DNA of 56,156 nt from NCBI GenBank assembly GCA_002868925.1, contig PKTZ01000163.1, positions 1 through 56,156 of the forward strand. Direction: 5' to 3'. The notes under the pieces are model-generated. The model ran no database searches. It had not been told where the DNA came from and was given only the letters and a program-made list of their open reading frames with translations. The stretch is from Desulfuromonas sp. (GTDB lineage: Bacteria; Desulfobacterota; Desulfuromonadia; Desulfuromonadales; UBA2294). Of the stretch, positions 19,316-30,942 are shown piece after piece (the first letter of the stretch is position 1; every line of letters starts with the position of its first letter). A program made the position numbers and the translations under genes.

Positions 19316-20800
19316 CTAGTGGAAATAACTGTCGTTGATCCAGATATGGGCAACGATACTGGCGGCGTAGCCGATTGCTACTGCCCAGGAACACTTGAGG
19401 TGATTCATGAAGGTGTAGGTACCGCGGGCGGTCCCCATCAGGGCGACGCCGGCGGCCGAACCGATCGACAGCATGCTGCCGCCGACCCCGGCGGTCAGGG
19501 TGACCAACAGCCACTGGCCGTGCGACATCACCGGGTCCATGGTCAGGACGGCGAACATGACCGGGATGTTGTCGACGATCGCCGACAGAATGCCGACCAG
19601 CACGTTGGCGGTGGTGGCACCGAGATCATGGTACATGAACTGCGAGGTCATCGCCAGGTACCCGAACTGGCCGAGGCCGCCGACACAGAGGATAACTCCG
19701 TAGAAGAAGAGCAGGGTGTCCCACTCGGCGCGGGCGATCTTGCGGAACAGGTCGAAGCCGGCGACCGGCGCATGGCCGTGCCCCTGGCTCTCGGCCGGCG
19801 GCTCGCAGTGATCGTCCGGATTGTGGCCGATCATATCGAGCGGCTGATCGCCCCCTTTAAGCAGCCGGTGCTCCTTGATCTTGAGATAGTAGGAGAAGAA
19901 GCTGAGGTAACCGAGGCCGAGCATCATCCCGGCTGCCGGCGGCAAGTGCAGAAAGTTATGGAACGAAACCGCGGTGGCGATGGTGCAGCCGAACAGAGCC
20001 ATGATCCGCTTGGCGCCGAGCTTCATCGAGATCGTCTCGTCCATCGCCTCCGGCCGATCCTTGGCAACCGTCATACTCATGATCGCCGCCGGGATGACCC
20101 AGTTGATCAACGACGGAATGAAGATGGCGAAGAACTCGACGAACTCGACCTTCCCTTTCTGCCAGACCATCAGGGTGGTAATGTCACCAAACGGGGAGAA
20201 AGCGCCACCGGCGTTGGCACCGACGACGACGTTGATGCAGGCGACGATGACGAACTTGCGGTTGCTGCCACCGACCGCCATAACGACGGCGCCCATCAGC
20301 AGGGCGGTAGTCAGGTTGTCGGCGAGCGGTGAAATGACGAAGGCGAGAGCACCGGTCACCCAGAAGACGGTGCGCAGGGTGAAGCCGCGGCTGACCAGCC
20401 AGGAGCGCAGCGCCTGGAAGACGTTGCGCTCGTCCATGGCGTTGATGTAAGTCATCGCTGCCAGCAGGAACAGAAACAGTTCGGCGTATTCGATCAGGTT
20501 GTGCTTGATCGCCTCGTGCGGGGTATGGGTATCGCCCATCGCCTGGTAGGCGAAGACGACCAGCACCCAGATGATCCCGGCGGCGAGCAGCACCGGCTTG
20601 CTCTTGCGCAAATGCAGCTGTTCTTCGAAGATGACCAGGGTGTAGGCGGCAACGAACAGGACCAGGGCGATGATGCCGAGGCCGGTACCGGTCAGGTTGA
20701 CAAATTCGCCTCCTCCTTCACTGCCGCCGGAACTGGCAAAAGCCGGCAAGACACCGGCGAGCAGCAAGAATGTAGATATCCATAAACTCTTGAATGGCAT
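19316..20800 (-). CDS. nhaD: Na+/H+ antiporter NhaD
   Basis: EEQLHLRKSKP, SPLADNLTTAL, ANAGGAFSPFGDITT, SAIVDNIP, GGSMLSIGSAAGV; AGGAG SD before ATG 20800. Confidence 0.93.
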   Translation of the reverse strand: MPFKSLWISTFLLLAGVLPAFASSGGSEGGGEFVNLTGTGLGIIALVLFVAAYTLVIFEEQLHLRKSKPVLLAAGIIWVLVVFAYQAMGDTHTPHEAIKHNLIEYAELFLFLLAAMTYINAMDERNVFQALRSWLVSRGFTLRTVFWVTGALAFVISPLADNLTTALLMGAVVMAVGGSNRKFVIVACINVVVGANAGGAFSPFGDITTLMVWQKGKVEFVEFFAIFIPSLINWVIPAAIMSMTVAKDRPEAMDETISMKLGAKRIMALFGCTIATAVSFHNFLHLPPAAGMMLGLGYLSFFSYYLKIKEHRLLKGGDQPLDMIGHNPDDHCEPPAESQGHGHAPVAGFDLFRKIARAEWDTLLFFYGVILCVGGLGQFGYLAMTSQFMYHDLGATTANVLVGILSAIVDNIPVMFAVLTMDPVMSHGQWLLVTLTAGVGGSMLSIGSAAGVALMGTARGTYTFMNHLKCSWAVAIGYAASIVAHIWINDSYFH

Positions 20801-21028
20801 GTTGTTTCTCCTGAAAAATTGAATCTGGTAATTTGAAAAAACCCGCCTTGTCGACGGGGAATAGAACGCCTTGTTTTTTATCATTCCGGGAGATTCACGT
20901 CAAGGCAAACCGGACAAGAGCAAAGCACTTGTCATCTTGGTTAAGATGCCATAATATTGCCTTTATTCAAAAACGTTTTAATTTCAGATAATTAGCAAAA
21001 CATTGTTTTAAAAACTAACGGAGCACCC

Positions 21029-21820
21029 ATGAAGGAAACGATAACCGCCGCCACCGTCCAATTCAACCTCGCCCTCGGCGAGATCGAGACAAACCTCGAA
21101 AAAGCCGAAGCCGGCCTGCGCCGGGCGAGCGAACAGGGCGCCCAACTGGCGGTCCTGCCGGAGATGTGGAGCGCCGGTTACGACTACAAGCGGCTGCAGC
21201 GCCACGCCGAGCAGACGCCGCGAGTGCTGGAAGTGATACAGAAACTCTCGGCCGAACTCGGCCTGGTCATCGTCGGTAGCCTGCCGGAAAAGGAAGGGGA
21301 GAAGATCTTCAACACCGCCTCGGTCATCGATGGCGGCAAGATCGTCGGCAGCTACCGCAAGCTGCACATGTTCTCGACCATGGGCGAGGACCGTTTCCTC
21401 TCCCCCGGCGAGACTTCGTTGGTCGCCCCGACCTCGATCGGCCGGATCGGGGTCGCCATCTGCTACGATCTGCGCTTCCCCGAGCTGTTCCGCAAGATGG
21501 CACTGGAGGGGGCCGAGGTCATCTGCGTTCCGGCCGAGTGGCCCAAGCCGCGCCAGGAGCACTGGCGGACCCTGCTCCGCGCCCGGGCGATGGAAAACCA
21601 ACTCTTCATTGTCGCCACCAACTGCTGCGGCATCCAGGGCAAGCTCGACTTCTTCGGCATGAGCCTGCTCCTCTCGGCCCGCGGCGAAGTCCTCGCCGAA
21701 GGGGGCGAGACCGACACCGAGCTGGTCGCTACCTTCGAACGGGAAGAGATGGAATCGTACCGCAAGCAGATCCAGTGCTACACCGACCGCCGGCCCGAGA
21801 TCTACGGCACCCTGCCTTAA
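21029..21820 (+). CDS. Carbon-nitrogen hydrolase (Nit/omega-amidase family)
   Basis: VLPEMW, YRKLHMF, ICYDLRFPELFR (E-K-C triad), RARAMENQ. Confidence 0.92.
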   Translation: MKETITAATVQFNLALGEIETNLEKAEAGLRRASEQGAQLAVLPEMWSAGYDYKRLQRHAEQTPRVLEVIQKLSAELGLVIVGSLPEKEGEKIFNTASVIDGGKIVGSYRKLHMFSTMGEDRFLSPGETSLVAPTSIGRIGVAICYDLRFPELFRKMALEGAEVICVPAEWPKPRQEHWRTLLRARAMENQLFIVATNCCGIQGKLDFFGMSLLLSARGEVLAEGGETDTELVATFEREEMESYRKQIQCYTDRRPEIYGTLP

Positions 21821-21829
21821 AGATTTATC

Positions 21830-22082
21830 ACCACGAAGTACACGAAGGGCATGAAGAAAATCAAAATCGGTTTTCACGCAAAGACGCAAAGAAATGCAAA
21901 AAAGCAGTTTCAGGTAAAAAGACAAAACTTTGAAATTATTGCACAAATAAAGGTTTTGTTTTTCACCCCACATAAAGGGTTTCAGCTTTTCAGTTTTCGA
22001 TTCTCTTCGCGACTTTGCGTCTTTGCGTGAGAAAAGCTTTTAAGAATCAGCCTTTCTTCGTGCCCTTCGTGTTCTTCGTGGT
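21830..22082. repeat. Nested inverted-repeat element built from short tandem units
   Basis: Outer arms 21830-21859/22053-22082 (28/30 match, CACGAAG x3); inner arms 21874-21891/22013-22030 (18/18, ACGCAAAG x2). Confidence 0.85.
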
Positions 22083-22111
22083 TAACCTTTTCTCGACCAA
22101 TATGTCCGGAC

Positions 22112-22147
22112 AAAAAAGCGGAGAAGGCACTCCGCCTTCCCCGCTTT
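22112..22147 (-). terminator. Terminator for the 22189-22536 gene
   Basis: AAAAAAAGCGGAGAAGGC-actcc-GCCTTCCCCGCTTT; G-U pair and U-tract on the minus strand. Confidence 0.65.
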
Positions 22148-22188
22148 AATCGTTTCAGTTTTCAGCAATAGATCCTTACCTTGCCCGA

Positions 22189-22536
22189 TCACTCCTCCAT
22201 CCGCTCTGCACTCTCCCGATACTGCGGCGGGATATCCTCCATGCTGTCGGCGAACTGCAGGACGCCGCTGTCGTCGGCATAAACATAGCGGGGGGCGTTA
22301 TCCGGTTTTGCCATCGGCGCCGCCGGTTGCTGTTTTTCGGCGATCACCTCCTCGACACTTTTGGCACCGGAGCCGGGAGTGAGCCCGAACAGGCGTTGGC
22401 GAAAATCGAGATAGAACTCCTGTGTCACCTGCATCCCCCCCTTTTTGAACTCGACCCGGATCATGAACTGATCGACGGCGAGCAGGCAGCAGAAAAAGAT
22501 GATGATCCAGAATATTGCTTTTGATGTCTTGCCCAT
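22189..22536 (-). CDS. Membrane-anchored hypothetical protein with DUF4124-like C-terminus
   Basis: N-terminal TM; YVYADDSGVLQFADSMEDIPPQYR. Confidence 0.7.
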   Translation of the reverse strand: MGKTSKAIFWIIIFFCCLLAVDQFMIRVEFKKGGMQVTQEFYLDFRQRLFGLTPGSGAKSVEEVIAEKQQPAAPMAKPDNAPRYVYADDSGVLQFADSMEDIPPQYRESAERMEE

Positions 22537-22631
22537 GGTCGACGATTCTCAGGGTTCCGGCGTAAAATTGCAACCTAAAGGATGAAATGACGTGAGCGGG
22601 CCGGCGCAACAGGCACCGGCCGCGCTTTATC

Positions 22632-23588
22632 TTACTTGTGATACTTGGCGGCAAAAAGGAGTTTGTGCAGATTCTGCGACAGCTCCTGGTTGTCCTCGCC
22701 CTTGGCATACATTTCGGTCAGGTTGGAAAAGACCCCCATGTAATGGTTGACCAGACGCGGCTTGTCGGTCGCGAGGTTGAAGACGAGGTCGTCCCGGCCA
22801 CGCTGAACCAGGCGGGCAAACTCCTTGGCGTGATCGAGCTCCAGGGTGCCGTCTTCGTACCAGAGCCGGGTCATCTTGTAGTTTTTGCCGAGCGTCCAGT
22901 TGGTATCGACGATGCCGAAACCGGACTGGGCGCCGGTATCGAAGCGATAGATACCGAGCCCCTGCACCTCGGAACAGGAGAGGCTCTGGATCGCCGTCAT
23001 CCTGCCGTCGACCAGCTCCATCTGGGTCGGGTCGATCAGCCGCGCCAGGATGCTGAGGCTGCTGACGCCGCCGTCGATCCAGGCACCCGCCTTACCGACG
23101 GCGCCGAGGGTCAACGCACCGTTGAGATAATAGATATCGGAGAAACAGGACTCGAAGCCCTGCAGACGGCCGAGCTCGAAGTTCTCTTCCTCCTGCTGCA
23201 GTACCCACCACTCGACTTCGCGGCCATACGAGGCGTGAAACGCCGTGTAGAGCGGCAGCTTGCGGGTCGAGGCGGCGGTCAGCAGGGCATCTTCCTGCTC
23301 GGGGCTGATGCAGAGAGGCTTTTCGACCATCGCCACCCGATCGGCCTCGATCACTTTCATCACCACCTCGAAGTGGCTCGGGGGCGGGGTCGAAATCAGA
23401 AAAGCGTCCGCCTTCGACCGCAGCATCATCTGGTCCAGATCTTCGTAGAAGGTGACGCTCCCCGGCAGTTCCTCGGCCCGCGCCGGATCGAGGTCATGGG
23501 CATCGACCAGACTGATCCCCTTGGTATGAGAAATCGCCTGCATCTGGTAGTTGGCTATTTTCCCGATTCCGATCAGTCCGATTTTCAT
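22632..23588 (-). CDS. Gfo/Idh/MocA family oxidoreductase
   Basis: IGLIGIGKIA, ISTPPPSH, VEKPL; GGAG SD. Confidence 0.85.
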   Translation of the reverse strand: MKIGLIGIGKIANYQMQAISHTKGISLVDAHDLDPARAEELPGSVTFYEDLDQMMLRSKADAFLISTPPPSHFEVVMKVIEADRVAMVEKPLCISPEQEDALLTAASTRKLPLYTAFHASYGREVEWWVLQQEEENFELGRLQGFESCFSDIYYLNGALTLGAVGKAGAWIDGGVSSLSILARLIDPTQMELVDGRMTAIQSLSCSEVQGLGIYRFDTGAQSGFGIVDTNWTLGKNYKMTRLWYEDGTLELDHAKEFARLVQRGRDDLVFNLATDKPRLVNHYMGVFSNLTEMYAKGEDNQELSQNLHKLLFAAKYHK

Positions 23589-23768
23589 AAGGATACTCCA
23601 TAGTTATTAGTTTTAATGAAAACAATAGCGGCGGTTTTGCTAAAAAGTGTATACAATTTTCGTGAAATTTCATATAGTATTTTTTCCTCTTACGCTCGAT
23701 CCGTTCGGGGCGGATCATGTGAGCGGGAGGTTTGTTATTTGAGATGTTGGCAAAGGGAATAATGTGCC

Positions 23769-24245
23769 ATGGGATTTTTCAAGCGCAAGAGCGGGAGTCC
23801 GAGCGACGTCCCGGCGCGACCAGTTGAAAGCCAGCCTGAGATCGAACTCGTCGACCACTGCTACTGCGATGACGGGCACGACCTTATCAGCGACAAGGCA
23901 TCCTTTGCCGGCCATCCTGGCATCACCCTGAAGCTACGTAACGATCGCCAGGAAGGGCTGCTCTCCCTGAGCCCGATCATCGGCTACAAGGAACGGACTT
24001 TTTTCGGCACCGAGTGGATCAATGGTGAGGTTGTCGAGATCTGCTGTCCGACCTGTTCGAAACCATTACCGGTTTACAACGAGTGTTTCTGCGGTGCGGA
24101 CCTGGTTGCCATGTTCACGACGAACAATAACGATTTTGCCAACTGTATCGGTATCTGCCAGAGAATCGGCTGTACCCACGCTGAAATCATCAGCAACCGC
24201 AACCTGCGGGTAAACAGTCGGCACGGGATATTCGTCAAAGACTGA
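23769..24245 (+). CDS. Cys-rich hypothetical protein (putative metal-binding)
   Basis: CYCDDGHDL, CCPTC, CFCGA, CIGICQRIGCTH. Confidence 0.75.
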   Translation: MGFFKRKSGSPSDVPARPVESQPEIELVDHCYCDDGHDLISDKASFAGHPGITLKLRNDRQEGLLSLSPIIGYKERTFFGTEWINGEVVEICCPTCSKPLPVYNECFCGADLVAMFTTNNNDFANCIGICQRIGCTHAEIISNRNLRVNSRHGIFVKD

Positions 24246-24559
24246 TCTTTCGACGGATAGATAACGAACCCGGCCCGATCAGAGCTGATCGACCGCTTTC
24301 GTTCAAACCCGCTCCAGAATCCAAATAGACGACCGGGCAAAGTGCTGCTGCTTTGCCGGTCCGGGCAACGGCGCCTTGGAGACATTATATGTAATGCTCC
24401 AATGGCGCTTTTTTATTTTTAAGACTAATACATGGTAAGTACCATTCGCCCAAACCGCATCTTTTTTGAAAAGATCGGTGACTAGAAAAAGCAAACCGGG
24501 GCCAACACGCAATATGCCTACTTTATAATCAACAGTTGCACAATATTTAAACTTTATAA

Positions 24560-25993
<1,434 letters not shown>

Positions 25994-26088
25994 TATCGCC
26001 TCAAACGGGGCGGGCACCAAGACAGGTGTCCGCCCCGACATTGACCCGGGATATTGCAGACAAGCCGACTTACAACCAAGGAATAATC

Positions 26089-28683
26089 ATGACGAAATCA
26101 GAACGCGCATCAACAGGATATTGTGGCCTTGACATAATTCTCGACGGCCTGCGCATCGGTGACAATGTCGTGCTCAAGGTCGATTCAATCGATGACTACA
26201 GATACTTTGTCGGACCTTTCGTCGACCAGTCCCTCGCGAGCGGAAAACGACTGATCTATATGCGATTTGGAGACCATCCCCCGCTCGTTGAATCTTCACC
26301 TCATGTCAAAACCTACGAGTTTGACCCGAAGCTCGGGTTTGAATCATTTGCAAGCAAAATCCACAAGGTCATTACCGAAGAAGGGCCGGGAGCTTTTTAC
26401 GTTTTCGACTGCCTCTCCGACCTTCTGTCCGCCTGGGCAACCGACCATATGATCGGCAATTTTTTCCGCGTTACCTGTCCCTATCTTTTCGAGCTCGACA
26501 CCGTCGCCTACTTCGGCCTCATTCGCGGACATCACGCGCTCCGAACCCTTGAGCGAATCCGCGAAACGACACAAGTTCTCTTCGACGTATTCCGGCATGA
26601 GGGGGACATCCATGTACAACCGCTCAAAGTCTGGCAACGCAACTCACCGACAATGTTTCTTCCCCACCGCAAGCAGGGAGAGGACTTTTTGCCGCTTGCC
26701 AACAGTTATGAAGCGACCCGCGTCATAAACGCCCTTTCGTACAGTCAAACAGAGAGCACGACCCGCCAACTCGATCATTGGCAAAAACTGTTTCTCGAGG
26801 CCGAACAACTACTGGAGCTATCCTCTTCAAAGGAAGAGCAGGACCATATGGTGAAGCATATTTGCCGCCATATAATCGGAGTGGAAGAGAGGATTCTGGC
26901 GCTTGCTATCAATCACTTCAGCCTTGAAGACCTGCTCCACATTAAGTCGCGCATGATCGGCACCGGCTTCCTGGGTGGCAAGGCTGCTGGGATGCTCCTC
27001 GCCCAAGCTATCCTTGCAAAAGACGGCTCTTTTGACTGGAGCCCTCATCTGGAAACCCATGACTCGTTTTTTGTTGGTTCAAACGTCTATTATTCTTACA
27101 TCGTCCACAATGACCTGTGGCGCCTTTTCATGCGCCAGAAAACGCAGGATGGGTATTTCTCGATGGCCGGGGAACTCCGTAAAGAAATGATGCTGGGCAG
27201 TTTCCCCGACTCCGTTCGTGACGGCTTCAGAAAAATCCTCGACTATTACGGGCAATACCCGATTATTATTCGATCCAGTTCGCTTCTTGAAGATGGTTTC
27301 GGCAACGCTTTTGCCGGCAAATATGAGAGCTATTTTTGTGTTAATCAAGGCCCTCCCGAAGAACGCCTCGAACAACTGGAAGAAATCGTTCGTAAAATTT
27401 TTGCCAGCGCTATGAGCGAAGACGCCCTAACCTATCGTCTACAAAGAGGTCTCAACCTGCAAGACGAGCAGATGGGCCTCCTCATTCAACGCGTTTCCGG
27501 GTCCTACAACAAACATTACTACTTCCCAGAACTGGCAGGCGTCGGCGTATCTCACAACACGTTTGTCTGGGACAAGTCGATGGACCCCAATGCCGGCATG
27601 CTGCGCCTAGTCCTGGGACTGGGAACGCGCGCTGTTGATCGTGTTGATGACGATTACCCCAGAATTGTTGCCCTTGACGCCCCAGAAAAGCGAGTACATA
27701 AGGGAATAGATGACACTAGAAAGTTTTCACAAAAAGCCATCGATCTTCTCGACATCGATGGAAACAGGCTGGAAACCATTTCCCTCTTAAAGCTTGCCGA
27801 GGAAGGGTTGGAAATACCCTGGGAACGATACGCTGTTCCAGACAAAGAGACGATGCAGTTACTCGACCGGCGAGGAAAGAGGCAACCTGTTTGGCTCGTC
27901 ACCTTCGATCGTTTTTTTGCAGAAACATCATTTATCAATCTGATGCAAAAAATGCTCAAGACCTTGGAGTCAGCCTACAAATATCCAGTCGACGTAGAGT
28001 TTACGATCAACTTTACCTCGGACAGGACTCCTAAAATCAATGTCGTACAGTGCCGTCCCCTGCAAACCAAGGGGGCAAAAACTGAAGTAACAATTCCTGA
28101 CACTGTTGAGGAAGAGAAGGTGTTTTTCAAAACAAGTGGCAAATTTATGGGAGGCAACATATCGCAGCCGATCAAATGGATTATTTTTGTCGACCCTCTC
28201 GAATATACAAGCCTCTCGCTGAGTGATAAACACGAAGTGGCACGCTTGATTGGCCGACTCAACAAGAGGGTTGCTGACAAGCAGAACAGCCCCGCCATGC
28301 TGCTTGGCCCCGGAAGGTGGGGAACATCAACCCCTTCCATGGGCGTCCCCATTAATTTTTCCGAAATCAACAACTTTTCCGTCTTGGCAGAGGTTGCGTT
28401 CTCAAGTGGAAATCTGATGCCTGAACTCTCTTTCGGATCGCATTTTTTCCAGGACCTGGTTGAAACGGATATCTTCTACCTCGCCTTGTATCCAGAAAAT
28501 AAGGATTGTTTTTTTAATACAGATTGGCTCCTGAACCAGCAGAATTCGCTTGAAGGCTTAGCGCCGACAAGTGCCCGATTTAAAAAAGTCGTCAAGGTCA
28601 TAAAGAGACCAGAAAAGGATTTGCTTGTTATGGCAGACGTTCTGTCACAACAACTGATCTGCTTTGAGGGCAAACAACCCTGA
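26089..28683 (+). CDS. PEP/pyruvate-binding (PPDK-type ATP-grasp) protein with KaiC/RecA-like N-terminal domain
   Basis: STGYCGLDIILDG and VFDCLSDL at the N-terminus; GGKAAG, RSSSLLEDG..AFAGKYES, VDVEF, VQCRPL; C-terminal SFGSHFFQ. Confidence 0.85.
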   Translation: MTKSERASTGYCGLDIILDGLRIGDNVVLKVDSIDDYRYFVGPFVDQSLASGKRLIYMRFGDHPPLVESSPHVKTYEFDPKLGFESFASKIHKVITEEGPGAFYVFDCLSDLLSAWATDHMIGNFFRVTCPYLFELDTVAYFGLIRGHHALRTLERIRETTQVLFDVFRHEGDIHVQPLKVWQRNSPTMFLPHRKQGEDFLPLANSYEATRVINALSYSQTESTTRQLDHWQKLFLEAEQLLELSSSKEEQDHMVKHICRHIIGVEERILALAINHFSLEDLLHIKSRMIGTGFLGGKAAGMLLAQAILAKDGSFDWSPHLETHDSFFVGSNVYYSYIVHNDLWRLFMRQKTQDGYFSMAGELRKEMMLGSFPDSVRDGFRKILDYYGQYPIIIRSSSLLEDGFGNAFAGKYESYFCVNQGPPEERLEQLEEIVRKIFASAMSEDALTYRLQRGLNLQDEQMGLLIQRVSGSYNKHYYFPELAGVGVSHNTFVWDKSMDPNAGMLRLVLGLGTRAVDRVDDDYPRIVALDAPEKRVHKGIDDTRKFSQKAIDLLDIDGNRLETISLLKLAEEGLEIPWERYAVPDKETMQLLDRRGKRQPVWLVTFDRFFAETSFINLMQKMLKTLESAYKYPVDVEFTINFTSDRTPKINVVQCRPLQTKGAKTEVTIPDTVEEEKVFFKTSGKFMGGNISQPIKWIIFVDPLEYTSLSLSDKHEVARLIGRLNKRVADKQNSPAMLLGPGRWGTSTPSMGVPINFSEINNFSVLAEVAFSSGNLMPELSFGSHFFQDLVETDIFYLALYPENKDCFFNTDWLLNQQNSLEGLAPTSARFKKVVKVIKRPEKDLLVMADVLSQQLICFEGKQP

Positions 28684-28732
28684 AAGCAATCACAAACCCA
28701 TAAAATAGTTAAAGACAAAAGAAAGAGCTTTC

Positions 28733-29545
28733 ATGTTAGCAATTGCCTGTATCAAACAGGTCCCGGACACCACCCAGGTGCAGATCGATCCGGAGACCAA
28801 CACCCTGGTGCGCGAGGGGATCCCCTTCATCGTCAACCCCTACGACACTCACGCCCTGGAAGAATCGCTGCGCATGCATGACCAGTTTGGCATGCGCTCG
28901 ATCGCCCTGTCGATGGGCCCACCGAACACCGAGGCGACCCTGCGCAAGGCGTGCGCCCTCGGCGTCGATGAGGCGATCCTCCTCTCCGACCGCTGCTTCG
29001 GCGGCGCCGACACCCTGGCGACCAGCAACGTCCTGGCGACGGCGATCGACCGCCTGGCGCAGGAGGAAGAGCTCGGTATCGTCTTCTGCGGCAAGCAGAC
29101 GATCGACGGCGACACCGCCCAGGTCGGACCGGGCATCGCCTCCCGGCTCGGGCTGCAGCAGCTAACTCTGGTCGACAAGATCGAGCATCTCGACCTGGAA
29201 AAGAAGACCATCCGGGTCCGGCGCAAGCTCGAAGGCCGCCACGAGATCGTCGAGGCGCCGCTGCCGGTAATGATCACCACGGTGCGCGAACTGAACCGCC
29301 CCCGCTACCCGACCGTGCCGATGAGGCTCGCCGCCCGGGACGTTGAAGTCAGAACCTGGGACAACGCAACCCTGCAGATCGATCCGGAGACGGTCGGCCT
29401 CAAGGGGTCCCCGACCTGGGTCTGCAAGATCTTCTCGCCGGAGCGGGACCAGGGAGAGATCATCGGCGACGGGGTCAACGACCCGGACGGAACCGCCGAC
29501 CTGCTGATCGACAAGCTGCTGAGCAAGGATCTGCTCGCCCTGTAA
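28733..29545 (+). CDS. etfB: Electron transfer flavoprotein beta subunit
   Basis: CIKQVPD, NPYD, GADTLATS, GKQTIDGDTAQVGP, GLKGSPT. Confidence 0.95.
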   Translation: MLAIACIKQVPDTTQVQIDPETNTLVREGIPFIVNPYDTHALEESLRMHDQFGMRSIALSMGPPNTEATLRKACALGVDEAILLSDRCFGGADTLATSNVLATAIDRLAQEEELGIVFCGKQTIDGDTAQVGPGIASRLGLQQLTLVDKIEHLDLEKKTIRVRRKLEGRHEIVEAPLPVMITTVRELNRPRYPTVPMRLAARDVEVRTWDNATLQIDPETVGLKGSPTWVCKIFSPERDQGEIIGDGVNDPDGTADLLIDKLLSKDLLAL

Positions 29546-29572
29546 GCGGGCGATAAAAAGAGGAAGAGATAG

Positions 29573-30910
29573 ATGACGGAGAAAAAAATAAAGAAACCGC
29601 GCGGCAAGGCGCGGCGCATCGAGGGGCGCTGTATCGCCTGCGGCGAACGTTGCTTCACCGCCTGCCCGGTCGATGCGATCAGGATGTCGGATGAGGGCGA
29701 ACCAGAAATCGTGCTCGAGAGCTGCATCGGCTGTGTCAAGTGCCTAAAGGTCTGCCCGGCCGACGCCATTGAGATCTTCTATACCCCGGAGGAGGAAGAG
29801 CTTCTGCGCCAGTGGGAAGCGCAAAAAGGGGCCGACGAGGAGGAGATCGATGAGGAGGAAAAAGAGCGCCGTGAGATGCGTGCCCGCTATAAGGGGGTCT
29901 GGGTTTTCGTCGAGCAGTACGCCGGTGAGGCGGCCAAGGTCTCCTGGGAGTTGCTCGGCGCCGGTCGCGAGCTGGCGGAGTCTCTCGGAGTTGAGTTGTG
30001 CGCTGTCATTATTGGCGACAAGGTTGCCCACCTCTGCAGCGAAGCCTTTACCTACGGTGCCGACAAGGCCTACCTGCTCGAGGCCCCGGTCTACGCCAAC
30101 TATCGGACCACACCGTTCAACGATGCCCTGGTCCACCTGATCGATAAATACCGCCCCGAGATCGTGCTGATGGGAGCCACCGGCCAAGGGCGCGACCTCG
30201 CCGGCGCGGTGGCGACGGTAGTCAAGACCGGCCTCACCGCCGACTGCACCGGGCTCGCCATCGACGCCAACGGCGACCTCGCCCAGACCCGTCCCGCTTT
30301 CGGCGGTAACATCATGGCGACCATCATGTGCGACCGCTTCCGGCCGCAGATGTCGACGGTACGACCGCACGTGATGAGCATGCCGGAAGCGCAACCGGGT
30401 CGGAGCGGCGAAGTTGTCCGCGACGACTTTACCCCGGCCGAGGAGGACATCCTGACCAAGGTTATCGAGGTTATCGACGACAAGGACGGCAAGGATAAGA
30501 TCAATATCGCCGGCGCCGAGATCATTGTCTCGGGAGGACGCGGCATGCTGAACAAGGAGAACTTCGCCCTGCTGCAGGAGCTGGCCGACGAGCTCGGCGG
30601 CGTGGTCGGGGCTTCCCGCTCGGCAGTCGATGCCGGCTGGATGCCGCACGATCGCCAGGTCGGGCAGACCGGCAAGACCGTCCGCCCGAAAATCTACATC
30701 GCCTGCGGTATCAGCGGCGCGATCCAGCACAAGGTCGGGATGCAGGACTCGGACGTCATCATCGCCATCAACCGCGACCCGCGGGCCCCGATCTTCGAGG
30801 TTTCGACCTACGGCATCGTCGGCGACCTGTTCCAGGTGGTGCCGTCCCTGATCCGTCGGATCCGGGAACTGCGCATGGACAAAGAGCCGCAGCAGCGGGC
30901 CGCATCGTAA
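29573..30910 (+). CDS. etfA: Electron transfer flavoprotein alpha subunit with N-terminal 2x[4Fe-4S] ferredoxin domain
   Basis: CIACGERCFTACP and CIGCVKCLKVCP; GLTADCT, RPAFGGN, QVGQTGKTV, GISGAIQH. Confidence 0.95.
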   Translation: MTEKKIKKPRGKARRIEGRCIACGERCFTACPVDAIRMSDEGEPEIVLESCIGCVKCLKVCPADAIEIFYTPEEEELLRQWEAQKGADEEEIDEEEKERREMRARYKGVWVFVEQYAGEAAKVSWELLGAGRELAESLGVELCAVIIGDKVAHLCSEAFTYGADKAYLLEAPVYANYRTTPFNDALVHLIDKYRPEIVLMGATGQGRDLAGAVATVVKTGLTADCTGLAIDANGDLAQTRPAFGGNIMATIMCDRFRPQMSTVRPHVMSMPEAQPGRSGEVVRDDFTPAEEDILTKVIEVIDDKDGKDKINIAGAEIIVSGGRGMLNKENFALLQELADELGGVVGASRSAVDAGWMPHDRQVGQTGKTVRPKIYIACGISGAIQHKVGMQDSDVIIAINRDPRAPIFEVSTYGIVGDLFQVVPSLIRRIRELRMDKEPQQRAAS

Positions 30911-30942
30911 ACATTTATTTTTAACGATTCAGGATAAACACC

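Noticed and set aside
21830-22082. Possible CRISPR array
   Set aside because: Repeats are 8-9-nt units arranged as inverted arms, with no spacers and no cas genes
24326-24370. GGCAAA-containing hairpin as a c-di-GMP-I riboswitch
   Set aside because: Lacks the GNRA tetraloop/receptor two-stem architecture; simple hairpin only
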